Source: Prasinococcaceae sp. CCMP 1430 (lineage: Eukaryota; Plantae; Prasinodermophyta). From it: a stretch of DNA of 64,000 bases. The translations under genes were made by a program, and so were the position numbers. Below, piece by piece: positions 52,841-63,170 of this stretch; within the stretch, counting starts at the first letter, position 1, and every line of letters starts with the position of its first letter. Below the pieces are notes generated by a model. That model had not been told where the DNA came from and did no database searches. It was given only the letters and a program-made list of their open reading frames with translations. The stretch spans positions 1 to 64,000 of the forward strand of contig RQSC01000006.1 in assembly GCA_013416795.1 (NCBI GenBank), in the 5' to 3' direction.

Positions 52841-53339
52841 TGAGATGACCCGCGTTGGTGCGAAGACTAGCCATAGGCGCGCCCCCGTAAATGCCTCCGA
52901 GGGCAGCCATTGTTGATTATACCGACGTTGCGTTCGAAGCATATCTAGAGCCTTGCGTACATGAGCCCACGGCGCCCCTGGCTGGCTGGCCAGGTCAGAG
53001 CAGCGCAGGCCTAACGAAGCTGCACGTGCGACGATCGTGCGTACCATTCGGACCACGTACAGTACTGTACCTAGGTGTATAGAACCCCGGACGACGTCGA
53101 AATGATTTGGTTGGTGGCTCCGAATTGGCGTGCATGGACAGCGACGTTTTTTCGGTGGCTTTGCTGGCCCCACGCAGCATGCAGGCTGATGCAGCCCAGG
53201 CTGCTGCGGGCATGGCAGCGTGGCACCACTCAGCGCACATTCGCAGCGGCAGGGTGCTGTGCGCCACACTGCGCGCTCTCGAGGCTACGAACCCTGAGCG
53301 CACAGGGAGTTGGCGGACGAGGCGCGGCGCACGCGGGCC

Positions 53340-54092
53340 ATGCGCCGCGTCGCAACCGCTGCTGCCGCGAGCGCCGCAGAGGCCAGCAATGTAGTGAGGC
53401 GGGCGCTCAGAAGTGGCACGAACGTGGCGCTCGACGCGATCCTCGGGCGATGCACGACGGGCGCCTTCGACGCGGCGCGTGGCGTGCCCACGGAGGCGAT
53501 CCTGCGCGCAGCCGAGGCTGCGCGCTGGGCGCCCAACCACAAATTGAGCGAGCCTTTCACGCTGCGCTGGCTGAGCGACACGACACGGGCGCGAGTGTGC
53601 GACTTACACGAGGAAACCCTCCGAGCCGCAGGAAAGGGCGCGAAGACAATTGAGCGGAAGATGCGGCGATGGCGCGAGATTCCTGAGATGGTGGCAGTCA
53701 CGGTCGCGACAGAGGAGCCCAGGCAGGTGGACGGTGCAGTAGCAGAGCGCAAGGATGGCGACGATGGAGGTGACGCGCTTGGCGCCACGGCGGGGGAGGA
53801 GGCCTTCCGCGGCGCTTGTGGCCCGCTGCGGGCGCACGAGGATAGGATGTGCGCCGCGGCAGCAACGCAAAACTTTTTGGTGTCTCTCGCAGGGGAGGCT
53901 GAGCCAATATCATCCAAGTGGTCGACGGGTGCCGTGACGCGGACGCAGGCCTTCGCGGAGGCGTGCGGATACGACGTGCGAAGGGAGGTGTGCATCGCGT
54001 TGCTGCATGTGGGTTACGCCGAGGAAGGCTCCGCGCCGCGCCCGCGCCTGCGAAGGCGAAAGGTAGACGGCAATTTGCTGCGTCGCGTTTGA
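53340..54092 (+). CDS. Nitroreductase family protein (YdjA-like) with putative transit peptide
   Basis: ILGRCTTGAF, AARWAPNHKLSEPF, AAAATQNFLVSL, SKWSTG and LLHVGY. Confidence 0.82.
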   Translation: MRRVATAAAASAAEASNVVRRALRSGTNVALDAILGRCTTGAFDAARGVPTEAILRAAEAARWAPNHKLSEPFTLRWLSDTTRARVCDLHEETLRAAGKGAKTIERKMRRWREIPEMVAVTVATEEPRQVDGAVAERKDGDDGGDALGATAGEEAFRGACGPLRAHEDRMCAAAATQNFLVSLAGEAEPISSKWSTGAVTRTQAFAEACGYDVRREVCIALLHVGYAEEGSAPRPRLRRRKVDGNLLRRV

Positions 54093-54370
54093 GCACATGG
54101 AGATGTTTAACGTCCATCGCCAGGCACCATGCGGGCGGTGTCGGGTGAGGGGTTACTTAGTGGGGATGGCGCCTACGCGCCTCGCGGCGGAGATGGTTGC
54201 GCTCCCTTCGCTTGCGGTCGGACGTCTCTTGAGCATAGAACGCCCTGCATCAATGCGACCCAGGTACAGCCGTGCGCGAGAGAGACGTGTGGAGTGACAA
54301 CGTTTAGACAGTGTGCAGAGACATAATGCCCGCGCAAGGGGCACAGGCGCACATTGAACCAGCTGGAAAC

Positions 54371-55225
54371 TCACTCGGTCGGTGCTTCCGGACCACCCGG
54401 CACGACTATCACCGGATGGTGCAGGTTGTTCAGAAGGTAGTGCGAGACGCTGCCCAAGAAGAGCCTCTCGAGCCATGACTTGCCGGTTGAGCCGACGACG
54501 ACGCACTCTGCGTTGTAATCGTCAGCCACTTGCGACAGGACGTGGGCTGTGTCCTCGAAGGTCTGCTCTACGACGACGCTGATCTCCACGGGGAGGCCGC
54601 GCGCAACCAGAGGCTCGGCGAGACCTATGAGCAAATCCTCGTTGCGCTCGAGCGCCTCCTTGATGAGGTCTTCCCTGACCTCGAGCGGCAGGGCGGTCGG
54701 GGTGAGCCCCGGCCCCGGCCCAGCGAACTCGACCGCCACACTCGAACCGGCGATCGTCTCATCGTACGAGATCACGTGCGCGAGAAGGAACAGGTCGCCA
54801 TCGCGCGCTAGATTGTCCGCTGCCCACGTTACCGCATTCTTGCTTGCCTCCGAGCCATCGGCGGCAATGAGTACGTGCCTCAGCACCTTCTCGCGGTCGA
54901 GGATAGCTGCAGCCTCCGCCCCGCTTTCTTGCACTGTCGGGAGGTCAGCATTGTTCACGACGCTCCACCACAGGGTGTCAGTCAGGAGCTTTGAAGGGCG
55001 AAGCGCGAGATGGTGCTCTGCTGTGCCCTTGTCGGCGTCGGCTGATGCGGCACACGCGGCGAGCGAGCGCCTCGTGCAGCTCGCCGCCGCTCGCGTCCCT
55101 GAGGCGAAGTGTGCTGTCGAGAGGTGCGCGCGCACGCTGGCAGCGCCGCGGCAGCGCTGCACGGCGGCTGAGGCCACTCCGTTCAAGAGCGAAGACGCGC
55201 GCGCCGCTGAGACGGCCGACATCAT
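54371..55225 (-). CDS. Universal stress protein A-like with organellar transit peptide
   Basis: VLIAADGSEASKNAVTWA, LLAHV and VVVGSTGKSWLERLFLGSVSHYLL...PVIVV. Confidence 0.9.
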   Translation of the reverse strand: MMSAVSAARASSLLNGVASAAVQRCRGAASVRAHLSTAHFASGTRAAASCTRRSLAACAASADADKGTAEHHLALRPSKLLTDTLWWSVVNNADLPTVQESGAEAAAILDREKVLRHVLIAADGSEASKNAVTWAADNLARDGDLFLLAHVISYDETIAGSSVAVEFAGPGPGLTPTALPLEVREDLIKEALERNEDLLIGLAEPLVARGLPVEISVVVEQTFEDTAHVLSQVADDYNAECVVVGSTGKSWLERLFLGSVSHYLLNNLHHPVIVVPGGPEAPTE

Positions 55226-55652
55226 GCGTATTGCAACCGATCGTTCGAGCGTACGCAGAAACTCGAGTCCAGCAAAGCAAAGCGCACAAGCGCAGGCTCC
55301 CTGGGGCAGGGAAGGCCGGCGCGCTCGACGACTCCGCAGTCGTGTGGGGTTCCGGCGAGGATGTGCACGCGAACCGCGGGTGCGGGCGGTCCGGCGTATG
55401 GCGTGCGCGCGCGCGCCACGCACAAGGCACGAGGCAGCGCAGTCCCTGGACTGCGCAGCGCGCGCGCAGTACGCAGCGCAATTGCCGGAAAAATCTGCTG
55501 CGCCAAGTGTCAAAAACACAATGAGTCTTGATCTGTCTGCAGTGAAGCTGCTCGTGGCACGGCATTGCTCATCGCGACGCACGTTCTTCTCGAGCGTGCG
55601 GGCCACGTCAGCGCTCTGGCGGCGACCCGACATCGGAAGAGGGAATTTTTCC

Positions 55653-58050
55653 TTACAATTTCGCGTCGTGCGCTGGTCTGAGCAACACAGCAGTCGCCAC
55701 ACCTGCGGCGACGGCCCCACCGCGCGCGAGGGCGCGCAGCCATCGTCGGGACGACGGTCTCGAAGCAGCGCCAGAGCGCCTACCCGCCGCGCCTCCCGTG
55801 CTGTGCGGATCCTTCGCTTTGCTATGTCGCCGCCTCCGCCTGAACGGCGCGAGGGGCAGCAGAGCAGCCGCCTTGACAGCGCGCTGCGCCGCACCAGGGC
55901 TCGAGGCAGTCGCGCCAGCACCACGATGGCCATCACCACTGCCGCTACAAGCACTGTTGTGAGCACCTCGCGTCCCGCGGTCTTTAGCCCTCATGTCCAT
56001 CACAGTCTCGACCACAGCATCGCACAGCTTGGGTCGAACGCGCAGGATCTCGTCCCCCGAGTGTCGCCACGCGCGAGGGTGCACAGCGTTGGAGAGGAGC
56101 ATAACATACATGTTGCGATCCGGGTCAATCCACAGGCTTGTGCCGGTGTAGCCCGTATGTCCGAAGCTGCGAGCGGACAGGAGGCGTCCTGCAGCGCCCT
56201 TCGCGCGGTCCTTCGCTCGCGTCGCGACGTCGAATCCCAGCGCGAATGGCCTCGGGTTGTGGCGCGTGCGCGGCGCGGCGCGTGTGAAGAGCCGGGCAGT
56301 ATCCTGCCGCACCAGCGCCCCCGGTTGCCCGGCCAGGCTCGCGAGCATGGCTTTGGCAAATTTTCCAACGTCAGCGGCCGTTGAGAACAAGCCGGCGTGC
56401 CCAGCGACACCTCCCATCAAGTAGCATGTCGGGTCGTGGACCTCGCCCCACAGGAGGCGCCCACGGCGGGTATCGACCTCCGTTGGGACCACGCGTATCG
56501 AGGGGGCAGGTGGTGGCCCGTGCCCCGCTTTGACTTTTCGGAAGTGCGTGTCAAGCATGCCGAGAGGGTCGAAGATACGTTCGCGGCAGAAGCGCTCCAG
56601 CGACATGCCTGAGCACCGCTCAATCACAATTCCAATGACAATCATGGAGAGGTCCGAGTACACTGAGCGGTGACCCGGGGGGTAGCGCGGTGGCGCCTTC
56701 ATCACGGAGTCGAGCACGCGCTTGCGGGTAGCCTCGGGGTCGGGCAACGGAGGGCCCGTGTCACTTGCATCTGTGGCGGCATCACCATCTGTGCCCACGT
56801 CAGCTGCGCGCTCGGGCTGAGATTGCCCTGCCTGCTGCTCCGACGGCGTCGAGTGACCGCCATCGCCACCCGCGTCGCTGCAGAGCAAAGCAGGCGCAGG
56901 TTCTGCACTCAGCTTTGTGACCTTTGCCTCCGGAAACGCTGCAGGGTCAGCAGTGAAGCACTCCTTGAGCCCAGCGGTGTGCGTCAGGAGCTGGCGCACT
57001 GTGAGCGCGCCTTTCCCATTCGCGGCGAACTCGGGCACGTATTTGGCCACCGGTGCGTCGAGGCTGATTGCGCCTTCCTCGTGCAGCAGCATTACTGCGG
57101 GCACTGTTGCCATTGCCTTGGTGAGTGAGGCGACGTCCCAAAGCGAGTCGGCCGTCACTGGCAGACTGGACTCGAAGGTCATCGTGCCGAGCGCGAGGCG
57201 GGCGTCAGAGGGCTCCCCTGCGCCAGCGCCCATGCCCCACGCAGCCACCGCCCCTGGAAAAGCCTGCTTGGCGATGCCCTGCCAGAGGACCTCTGCTACG
57301 TACGGGTGCTCGCTCGCGTATGAGACCTCTCGTGTTGTCTCTCGCTCCGTCACGGAAACATTTGGCACAGGCACAGGCGGAGGGCTTTCAAGTTGCTCTG
57401 TGTGCTGTGTCTGTTGCAAGCGCGCAGGTTGGGTCAGTGCACGTGCGCGGCGCTCGCTGCTTGTTGCAGCCGCATGCCTTGGCGCCGCTACAGGGTGCCC
57501 TGCGCCTCCGGTAGCTACTGCAGGCGCCTGCTCCGTACCTCATACCCTTGACCCTGCCCATGCCGCGACGCCGCTGCGTGCTGCACGCCACCCTCCCTGC
57601 GCACCAGCATACTTGCAGGCATGCTGGCGACGCCCGCTCCGGGCGGCCGAGCGGCTGCGCAGCGGCGCTCGCTCCCGGCACAGAGCGCGCCCAAGCGCTG
57701 TGCGGCCGAGCGTGCTCCACTTCCGCCCGCCCGCCGCCGCGCGGCCACCTCCCCGCGCGCGCACACACACACACACTGCAGTGCCACCACGCCAGGCGGC
57801 AGTGTGGCACACACACACACAGGCACACACACAGGCACACGCACAGGCACACGCACACACGCCCGCGCACGCACAGCCGCCGCCGGCTCCCGGCACAGCC
57901 GCCGCACTCGTCTGTGGGGTCGCTCGTTGGGTGTCGAGCGCGCAGGTGCATCGCGCACGCACGGCACACTTTTAGGAACAAACCTGTGTCATATCTACCC
58001 ACGGGAGATGCCGCGGACGGGGAGAGTGAAACCGAACAAAACTGAGTCAT
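55653..58050 (-). CDS. Beta-lactamase/PBP-like serine hydrolase (AmiE/EstB-like)
   Basis: SxxK (ASLTK), LLTHTAGL, YSD, GEVHD, GGVAGHAGLFST and GHTGYTGTSLWIDP. Model: exon 58050-57970, exon 57748-57539, exon 57410-55653. Ends in AKL. Confidence 0.88.
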
Positions 58051-58604
58051 GTTTACCGACGGGAGATCGCGCGGGCGGGTGCAGCGCGGCGGGGTCGCTG
58101 CGAGTTTGTTGGGGCGCGGCGGCGAAGGGGCGCGCGGGCGCGCCACGCCGCAGGGCGCGAACCAGCGCCCGCACGCCTCGGCGGCCCCCCGCCGCCGGCA
58201 GCGCCCGCAGTGGCGGGAAGCGGGCGGCGAGCGCGCGCGTGGCGATGAAAAATCCCCCCGAGGTGGAGGGAAAACCAAATCCCATGCGCAAAAAAGAGGG
58301 TTCGCATCGCACGAGAGGGCGGGGCCGTTCCGAGGCACTCGAAGCATCCCGGTCCGTGCAAGAGCAGCGTTGGTGGACTGTACAGTGTACGTTTACATGT
58401 ACTGCACGCTCCTTCTGTGAACCCCAAATGCCGCAGCCCCAAACCTGCGGCCGCGCGCGCGCCCGGAACCACCTCGCGGGCCAGAGTGCGCGCCGCAGCG
58501 CGCCGCCAGCCCGCACAGCCCGGACTACTACGAGAGAGGGGAGGGGCACCCCGGATCACCCCGCGAGCGCCCTCGAGAGCACCGGCCGCGGCAGCGCGCA
58601 CGCG

Positions 58605-61100
58605 TTACCTTCGGCCAAAGCCACTCGGCTGGCCAAAGCCGCCGCTGGCCTGGCCGAAGCCGCCGCCGGTCTGGCCGAAGCCGCCGCCGGCCTGGCCGAA
58701 GCCGCCGCCGGCCTGGCCGAAGCCACCGGTGGCTTGACCGAAACCGCCGCCGGCCTGGCCAAAGCCCGCGCGACCGCCTCCACCGCCGAAGCCCGCACCG
58801 CCGCCTCCCCCGCCGAAGCCGCCTCCACCTCCCCCGCCGAAGCCGCCACCGCCTCCACCCCCGCCCCCGGGCGCCTGCTCGAGATCGTCCCTGTACTTGG
58901 ATGACTCGTCGGTCAAGGCCAGGCGCGAGCCCTCTGGTTCCTCAAGGTATTTCTTGTCGTCGAGGTACGCCGATAGCCGCGCAGCAAGCACAGAGGTTTC
59001 TGTGCCCTGCCCCGCAAGCTTCGGCACGAACTCGCCGCTGATGGTAGCGAAAAGGGCAATGGCATCGTCCTTGTACGCGCGCCAGAGTGCGTGCCCGCAC
59101 GATCGCAGGACGGCGAGCACCGCGTTGGCAACCTCGCGCTTCTGTGGCAGGGCGTTGAGAGCCGCGGCAAGCCAGCGCCAAGCATCCGCCGGCATCATGC
59201 CCTCATGCTTGCCAGTGGCCATCAACGCACCGTAGAACGACATCATGCCGTACACACGCGAACAAAAGTCGTCGGTGCTCTCAGTCGTACTTGCACCGTC
59301 CTCCCCCTCCGTGGTGCGGTAGCCCGCGGCTTTCAGGTACTCCTTTTCGGTCGCAAAGCGCTCCTCAGTGTACGGCACGTACAGCGGGATGGCAATCGGG
59401 CAGCGCGCGTGGAGGCGCGCTAGCACGATGGGTCCAAAGCCTGGGTTTTGAGCCGACACTCGTGCCACTAGCTCCGCCAAAGGGAAGGCGAACGACTCGA
59501 GCCGGCGCACCTGCTCCTCGGCCTGGACGAGCGCCTTGCCTGCAGACTGCAGCATCACGTAGGACTTATGCGCTGGACTCGGGGCGTGCTGGATCAGTTC
59601 GGAGAGAGCCTTCGTCTTGGATGCCACCTGCTCCTCCGTGCCGGTCAATTGCACAACGTGCTGGATGATGGCCTTGTCTATCTTGCGGCGCTCCATCTTG
59701 GCGGAAGCGTTTGCTTTGAGCGGCGCAGCAACCTCGTTTGCCTTGACCAGCGCTTCCCGCAGCGCACCCCGACGCGCCGCTGCGGCGTCACTGACCCGAT
59801 CCTCTGTCCCCTTGATCGCCTTGGGTGTCGGACCGTTGGCTGTTTCCTGTGCATGTTGTTGTTCTTGTTGTTGCTGCTGCTGCTGCTGAGCCTGTAACTG
59901 AGCCCGCTCCTGTTCGGCCTTCTCCGCTGCGGCCTTCTGCGCCTCATCCGCTGCTCGCTGGGCGGCCTGCACCTCTGCTCGTCGTTTCTCCTCACGCTCC
60001 TTTGCCTCTGCCTCCGCCTGGCGCGCTTTCGCCTCGGCCTCCGCTCGCTCTGCTTCGCGGGCAGCAGCGGCGGCAGCCTGCGCCTCCCGAGCCTTGAGGT
60101 CGTTCACCAGAGATGCTGCCCTGGCCTCGACCTGCCTTCTGTGCTCTTCGAGCATGCGCATGCGCTCGCTGCGCGCCGCGGCGCACGCGGCATTCAACCC
60201 TGCGGCGTCCTCCAGAACGACTTGCGCACCCAGCTCAGTCTCATTCGAAATGTCCTTGGATGCGCGCTCCTCTTCCTTCTGCGCCTCCTGCAGTTGCGTT
60301 TCAAGCACCCATGCCCATCGCCTCGAGCGCTCGCGCGCGAGTGCTGCCGCCTCGCTGGCGGTGCATTGCAAGGCAGCCTCAGCAGCATCGAGCGGTTCCG
60401 CAGGCGGCGCCTCGTACGCCTGCGCCGCCGTGACTGTGGTGCGAAGTGGTGATCGCCCAACGGACGCCGGTGCACCGGCGGAGTCCTCCTCCCCCTCGTC
60501 ATCCGAGTCGCTCGGAGCGCAAATTCGCACAGCCTCGGCCTCGCCTACTGCCGCCACCGCGAGCTCGCGCACAGCAAAGCCGAAGCCGTCGCTCGTGTTG
60601 CCGTCTTCATCGTCGAAGTCGAGGTCAGCGGGCGCGCAATACCTACCCTCCGTCGCCGGCCCATGCGGGGCGGTTTGGCCGAGCGTGCGCATCAGCAGCG
60701 CCGGCGACGCCGATGGTGCGGAGGAGGACCCCACGGTGCCGAGGGGCATAAGCGACGTGAGCGGCGAGATAGGGGTGAGCGGCGACATCGGCGTGCCGAT
60801 CCCCAGCTCCCCCGCGGCCGCCGCAGCGAGCCTCGCCCCCAGAGCGTCGATCGCTGGGCTGGTGGCGCCGGGGTCGCCGCCGGCGCGCACGGCGGTGGCG
60901 GTCGACGGCGAGCGCGCGGGCAAGGGCACGCTCACGCTCGCGTCGGGGGACCCATCCCCGCCGGCGGCGGCGCACGCCGCCGGCGCACGCAGCCGCGCGC
61001 CGTCTGACGGCGTCGACGTCGGCGGCTGCTGTGTGCCGACGCTGGCAGCACCGCTGCCACACCAGCCAGGGGGGGGGGGGAACATTCGTTTTGATCTCAA
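58605..61100 (-). CDS. GLE1: mRNA export factor GLE1 with C-terminal Gly/FG-repeat tail
   Basis: Coiled-coil middle; AFPLAELV, LARLHARCPIAIPLY, GYR...ESTDDFCSRVYGMMSFYGAL, AWRWLA and GHALWRAY. Start uncertain. Confidence 0.88.
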   Translation of the reverse strand: MRSKRMFPPPPGWCGSGAASVGTQQPPTSTPSDGARLRAPAACAAAGGDGSPDASVSVPLPARSPSTATAVRAGGDPGATSPAIDALGARLAAAAAGELGIGTPMSPLTPISPLTSLMPLGTVGSSSAPSASPALLMRTLGQTAPHGPATEGRYCAPADLDFDDEDGNTSDGFGFAVRELAVAAVGEAEAVRICAPSDSDDEGEEDSAGAPASVGRSPLRTTVTAAQAYEAPPAEPLDAAEAALQCTASEAAALARERSRRWAWVLETQLQEAQKEEERASKDISNETELGAQVVLEDAAGLNAACAAARSERMRMLEEHRRQVEARAASLVNDLKAREAQAAAAAAREAERAEAEAKARQAEAEAKEREEKRRAEVQAAQRAADEAQKAAAEKAEQERAQLQAQQQQQQQQEQQHAQETANGPTPKAIKGTEDRVSDAAAARRGALREALVKANEVAAPLKANASAKMERRKIDKAIIQHVVQLTGTEEQVASKTKALSELIQHAPSPAHKSYVMLQSAGKALVQAEEQVRRLESFAFPLAELVARVSAQNPGFGPIVLARLHARCPIAIPLYVPYTEERFATEKEYLKAAGYRTTEGEDGASTTESTDDFCSRVYGMMSFYGALMATGKHEGMMPADAWRWLAAALNALPQKREVANAVLAVLRSCGHALWRAYKDDAIALFATISGEFVPKLAGQGTETSVLAARLSAYLDDKKYLEEPEGSRLALTDESSKYRDDLEQAPGGGGGGGGGFGGGGGGGFGGGGGGAGFGGGGGRAGFGQAGGGFGQATGGFGQAGGGFGQAGGGFGQTGGGFGQASGGFGQPSGFGRR
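58630..58766 (-). repeat. 21-bp tandem repeat (~7 units) encoding GFGQAGG
   Basis: ggccgaagccgccgccggcct-type units repeated with few substitutions. Confidence 0.9.
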
Positions 61101-61749
61101 CGTCTCCGGCGCACGAAGACGGGGTCTGCGAACGTTCTAGACTCGAGAGAGCGGGAGAGAGAGACTGTCTGACTGACGTTGGCCTTGAATCATGATGAAT
61201 GAAACGCGGCGTGACGTGGGGACCGACCGACGCCATGGCGGTGGTGTCATTGATCGCCCGTGGGTAGGATCATACATGATACTGATGCTGCATTACCGCA
61301 GCAGCGTTTGCAATCATTTCTCGACTGGAGCCATTATGCCGACGCGATGCGCGGAGAGTCTCCCGCCGCCAGAGCGCGCCGCGGCGCGCCGCGGCATGCC
61401 GCGCCGCTCTCCCCCACCCCACGCCGCCCCACGCCACCGCCCCGGCGGGAGTGCACTGCCCTGTGTGTTTTGAATGAACTGTGTTGGGGTTTAGGTTCGA
61501 GGGTATTGTACACCGTACTGACAGTAAAGTTGGAGTTCTGCCATGTAGGGTTCGACGCAGCGCCGTTCCCCGAGGGTACGCATGCGCCGGCGCGGGCGCA
61601 GCTCGTGCCGCTCTGCGCGCTGTCCACACCCCTTGCGCGGCGCGGGGTGGCGGCAGTGGGTCTGCGCAGGGTGTCGGCGGGGGAGTTGGCCTGGGGAATC
61701 GCGGTGCGGTGTGGTTTGCCGCTTCTCGGTGTCGCTCGGGCCTGCAGCG

Positions 61750-63090
61750 ATGGCCGCGCCCTTTGCGCACGAGCAGCTCGACGCACTCGCGGCCGAGCGG
61801 CCCGGCTTTGCAGAGCTCATCGGCGCGGCGCTGCGTGCGATGCGGGGGCTGGGCGACGACGAGCTCAGACAAATGCTCGTGGACGCGATGGCACCGCCGC
61901 AGAGGGGCGTCGCGGCTGGCAAGGCACGGCTCCAACCGAGCCGCGAACAGCGAGGGATCACACCGGCACGTTCCGACAGCGCTGCCGCGTCCGCGCACGG
62001 CCACATTGCACCCCCCCCAGCAGCAGCAGCTGCCACGAGCGGTGCAGCAGCGCGGCCTGTACGCTTTACCCTGCGCTCTACTGCTGTTGACGAAGGTAGC
62101 AGCGAGGACGAGGAGGCCGCCGCAGCCGGAGATATCGGCGGCGGTGGCAGCGACAGCGACAGCGACGATGACAGCGATGGTGAATTCGAGTGGTTCGGTG
62201 TGCGTGCAGACTACGAACGCGAGCCCGGGGTCGCTGAGGCCCGCGCCGCCGTTGCTGCGATGTTTGGCGCAGCAGCGGACGCTGCTGAGGCACAAGCGGC
62301 TGGCAGGACCATGAGGGTATCAGCAGCCGCGCCAGAAGCTGTCGATGACGACGAATTCGTAGACATCGGCGCCTTGGCGGCATCGGCTGGGTCCTCCTCT
62401 GTTGACGACACGCCTGTGGAAGAAGGTCGAGCCCAGCCCGCAGACTCGGAGCGCCGTGGGGCGACAGATGGGTGTAGTAGCTCTGACGCTGTCGCAGAGA
62501 AGGCCCAGGCTCTCGCGAGTGGAGATGTACTTCGGCGCGTTCCTGACACCAAGGGCCTATTGTTGCCGGTGCAAGAGGAGGGTGGCACTGCCAATGGCAT
62601 TGTCGATGATGCTGGGGCTGGCAACAGCGCCGAGACTGGCGATGACAACGCACTCGAGCGCCTACGCACGCGAGCACAAGAAGCGACAGCCGCTGCAGAG
62701 GATGCATGGAAGCGCGTGCCTCGGACGACGCCGAGAACCACGGGCATCGGTGCTGGGATCGACGGGTACGCAAGGCTGAACGACGGTGGCAGCACGGGCG
62801 ACACTGGCGTGCTTGGCATGGCGGGCCTTAGCTTCGAGCCTAAGTTCAGCTCTGAGCGGCCGCCGTCGCTCGATGAGGCCTTCCTCCGCCAGATCGGTAA
62901 CAGCAGCGAGGCCGGTGACCAAGGTGCCACGAATGTGTTCGACGCATGCCCCCCGCCACCGATGTGGACCGACGGACCAGTTCTCACGGACGGGAACGCC
63001 GGTGACGAGCTGCCATTCTCGCGCGAGACCAACGACGCCCTCAAGAAGGCGCTCGCAGCCGTCGCGGCGCAGTACTCACCAAGGCGCTGA
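61750..63090 (+). CDS. Acidic, largely disordered protein of unknown function
   Basis: ATG 61750, ~446-aa open frame, helical N-terminus (LIGAALRAMRGLGDDELRQML) and SDSDSDDDSD tract; TGTAA at 63140. Confidence 0.65.
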   Translation: MAAPFAHEQLDALAAERPGFAELIGAALRAMRGLGDDELRQMLVDAMAPPQRGVAAGKARLQPSREQRGITPARSDSAAASAHGHIAPPPAAAAATSGAAARPVRFTLRSTAVDEGSSEDEEAAAAGDIGGGGSDSDSDDDSDGEFEWFGVRADYEREPGVAEARAAVAAMFGAAADAAEAQAAGRTMRVSAAAPEAVDDDEFVDIGALAASAGSSSVDDTPVEEGRAQPADSERRGATDGCSSSDAVAEKAQALASGDVLRRVPDTKGLLLPVQEEGGTANGIVDDAGAGNSAETGDDNALERLRTRAQEATAAAEDAWKRVPRTTPRTTGIGAGIDGYARLNDGGSTGDTGVLGMAGLSFEPKFSSERPPSLDEAFLRQIGNSSEAGDQGATNVFDACPPPPMWTDGPVLTDGNAGDELPFSRETNDALKKALAAVAAQYSPRR

Positions 63091-63170
63091 GTACATAGGC
63101 CTTGCCTGGAGAGCACACGCGCCCGTGCACTTCTACTACTGTAATTTGTATGTGTGGACAGCATCCTTTA

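Noticed and set aside
61191-61287. C/D-box snoRNA-like segment (ATGATGA...CTGA with 3-bp terminal stem)
   Set aside because: No recognisable rRNA/snRNA antisense element; it overlaps the probable GLE1 5' region, and such boxes arise by chance.
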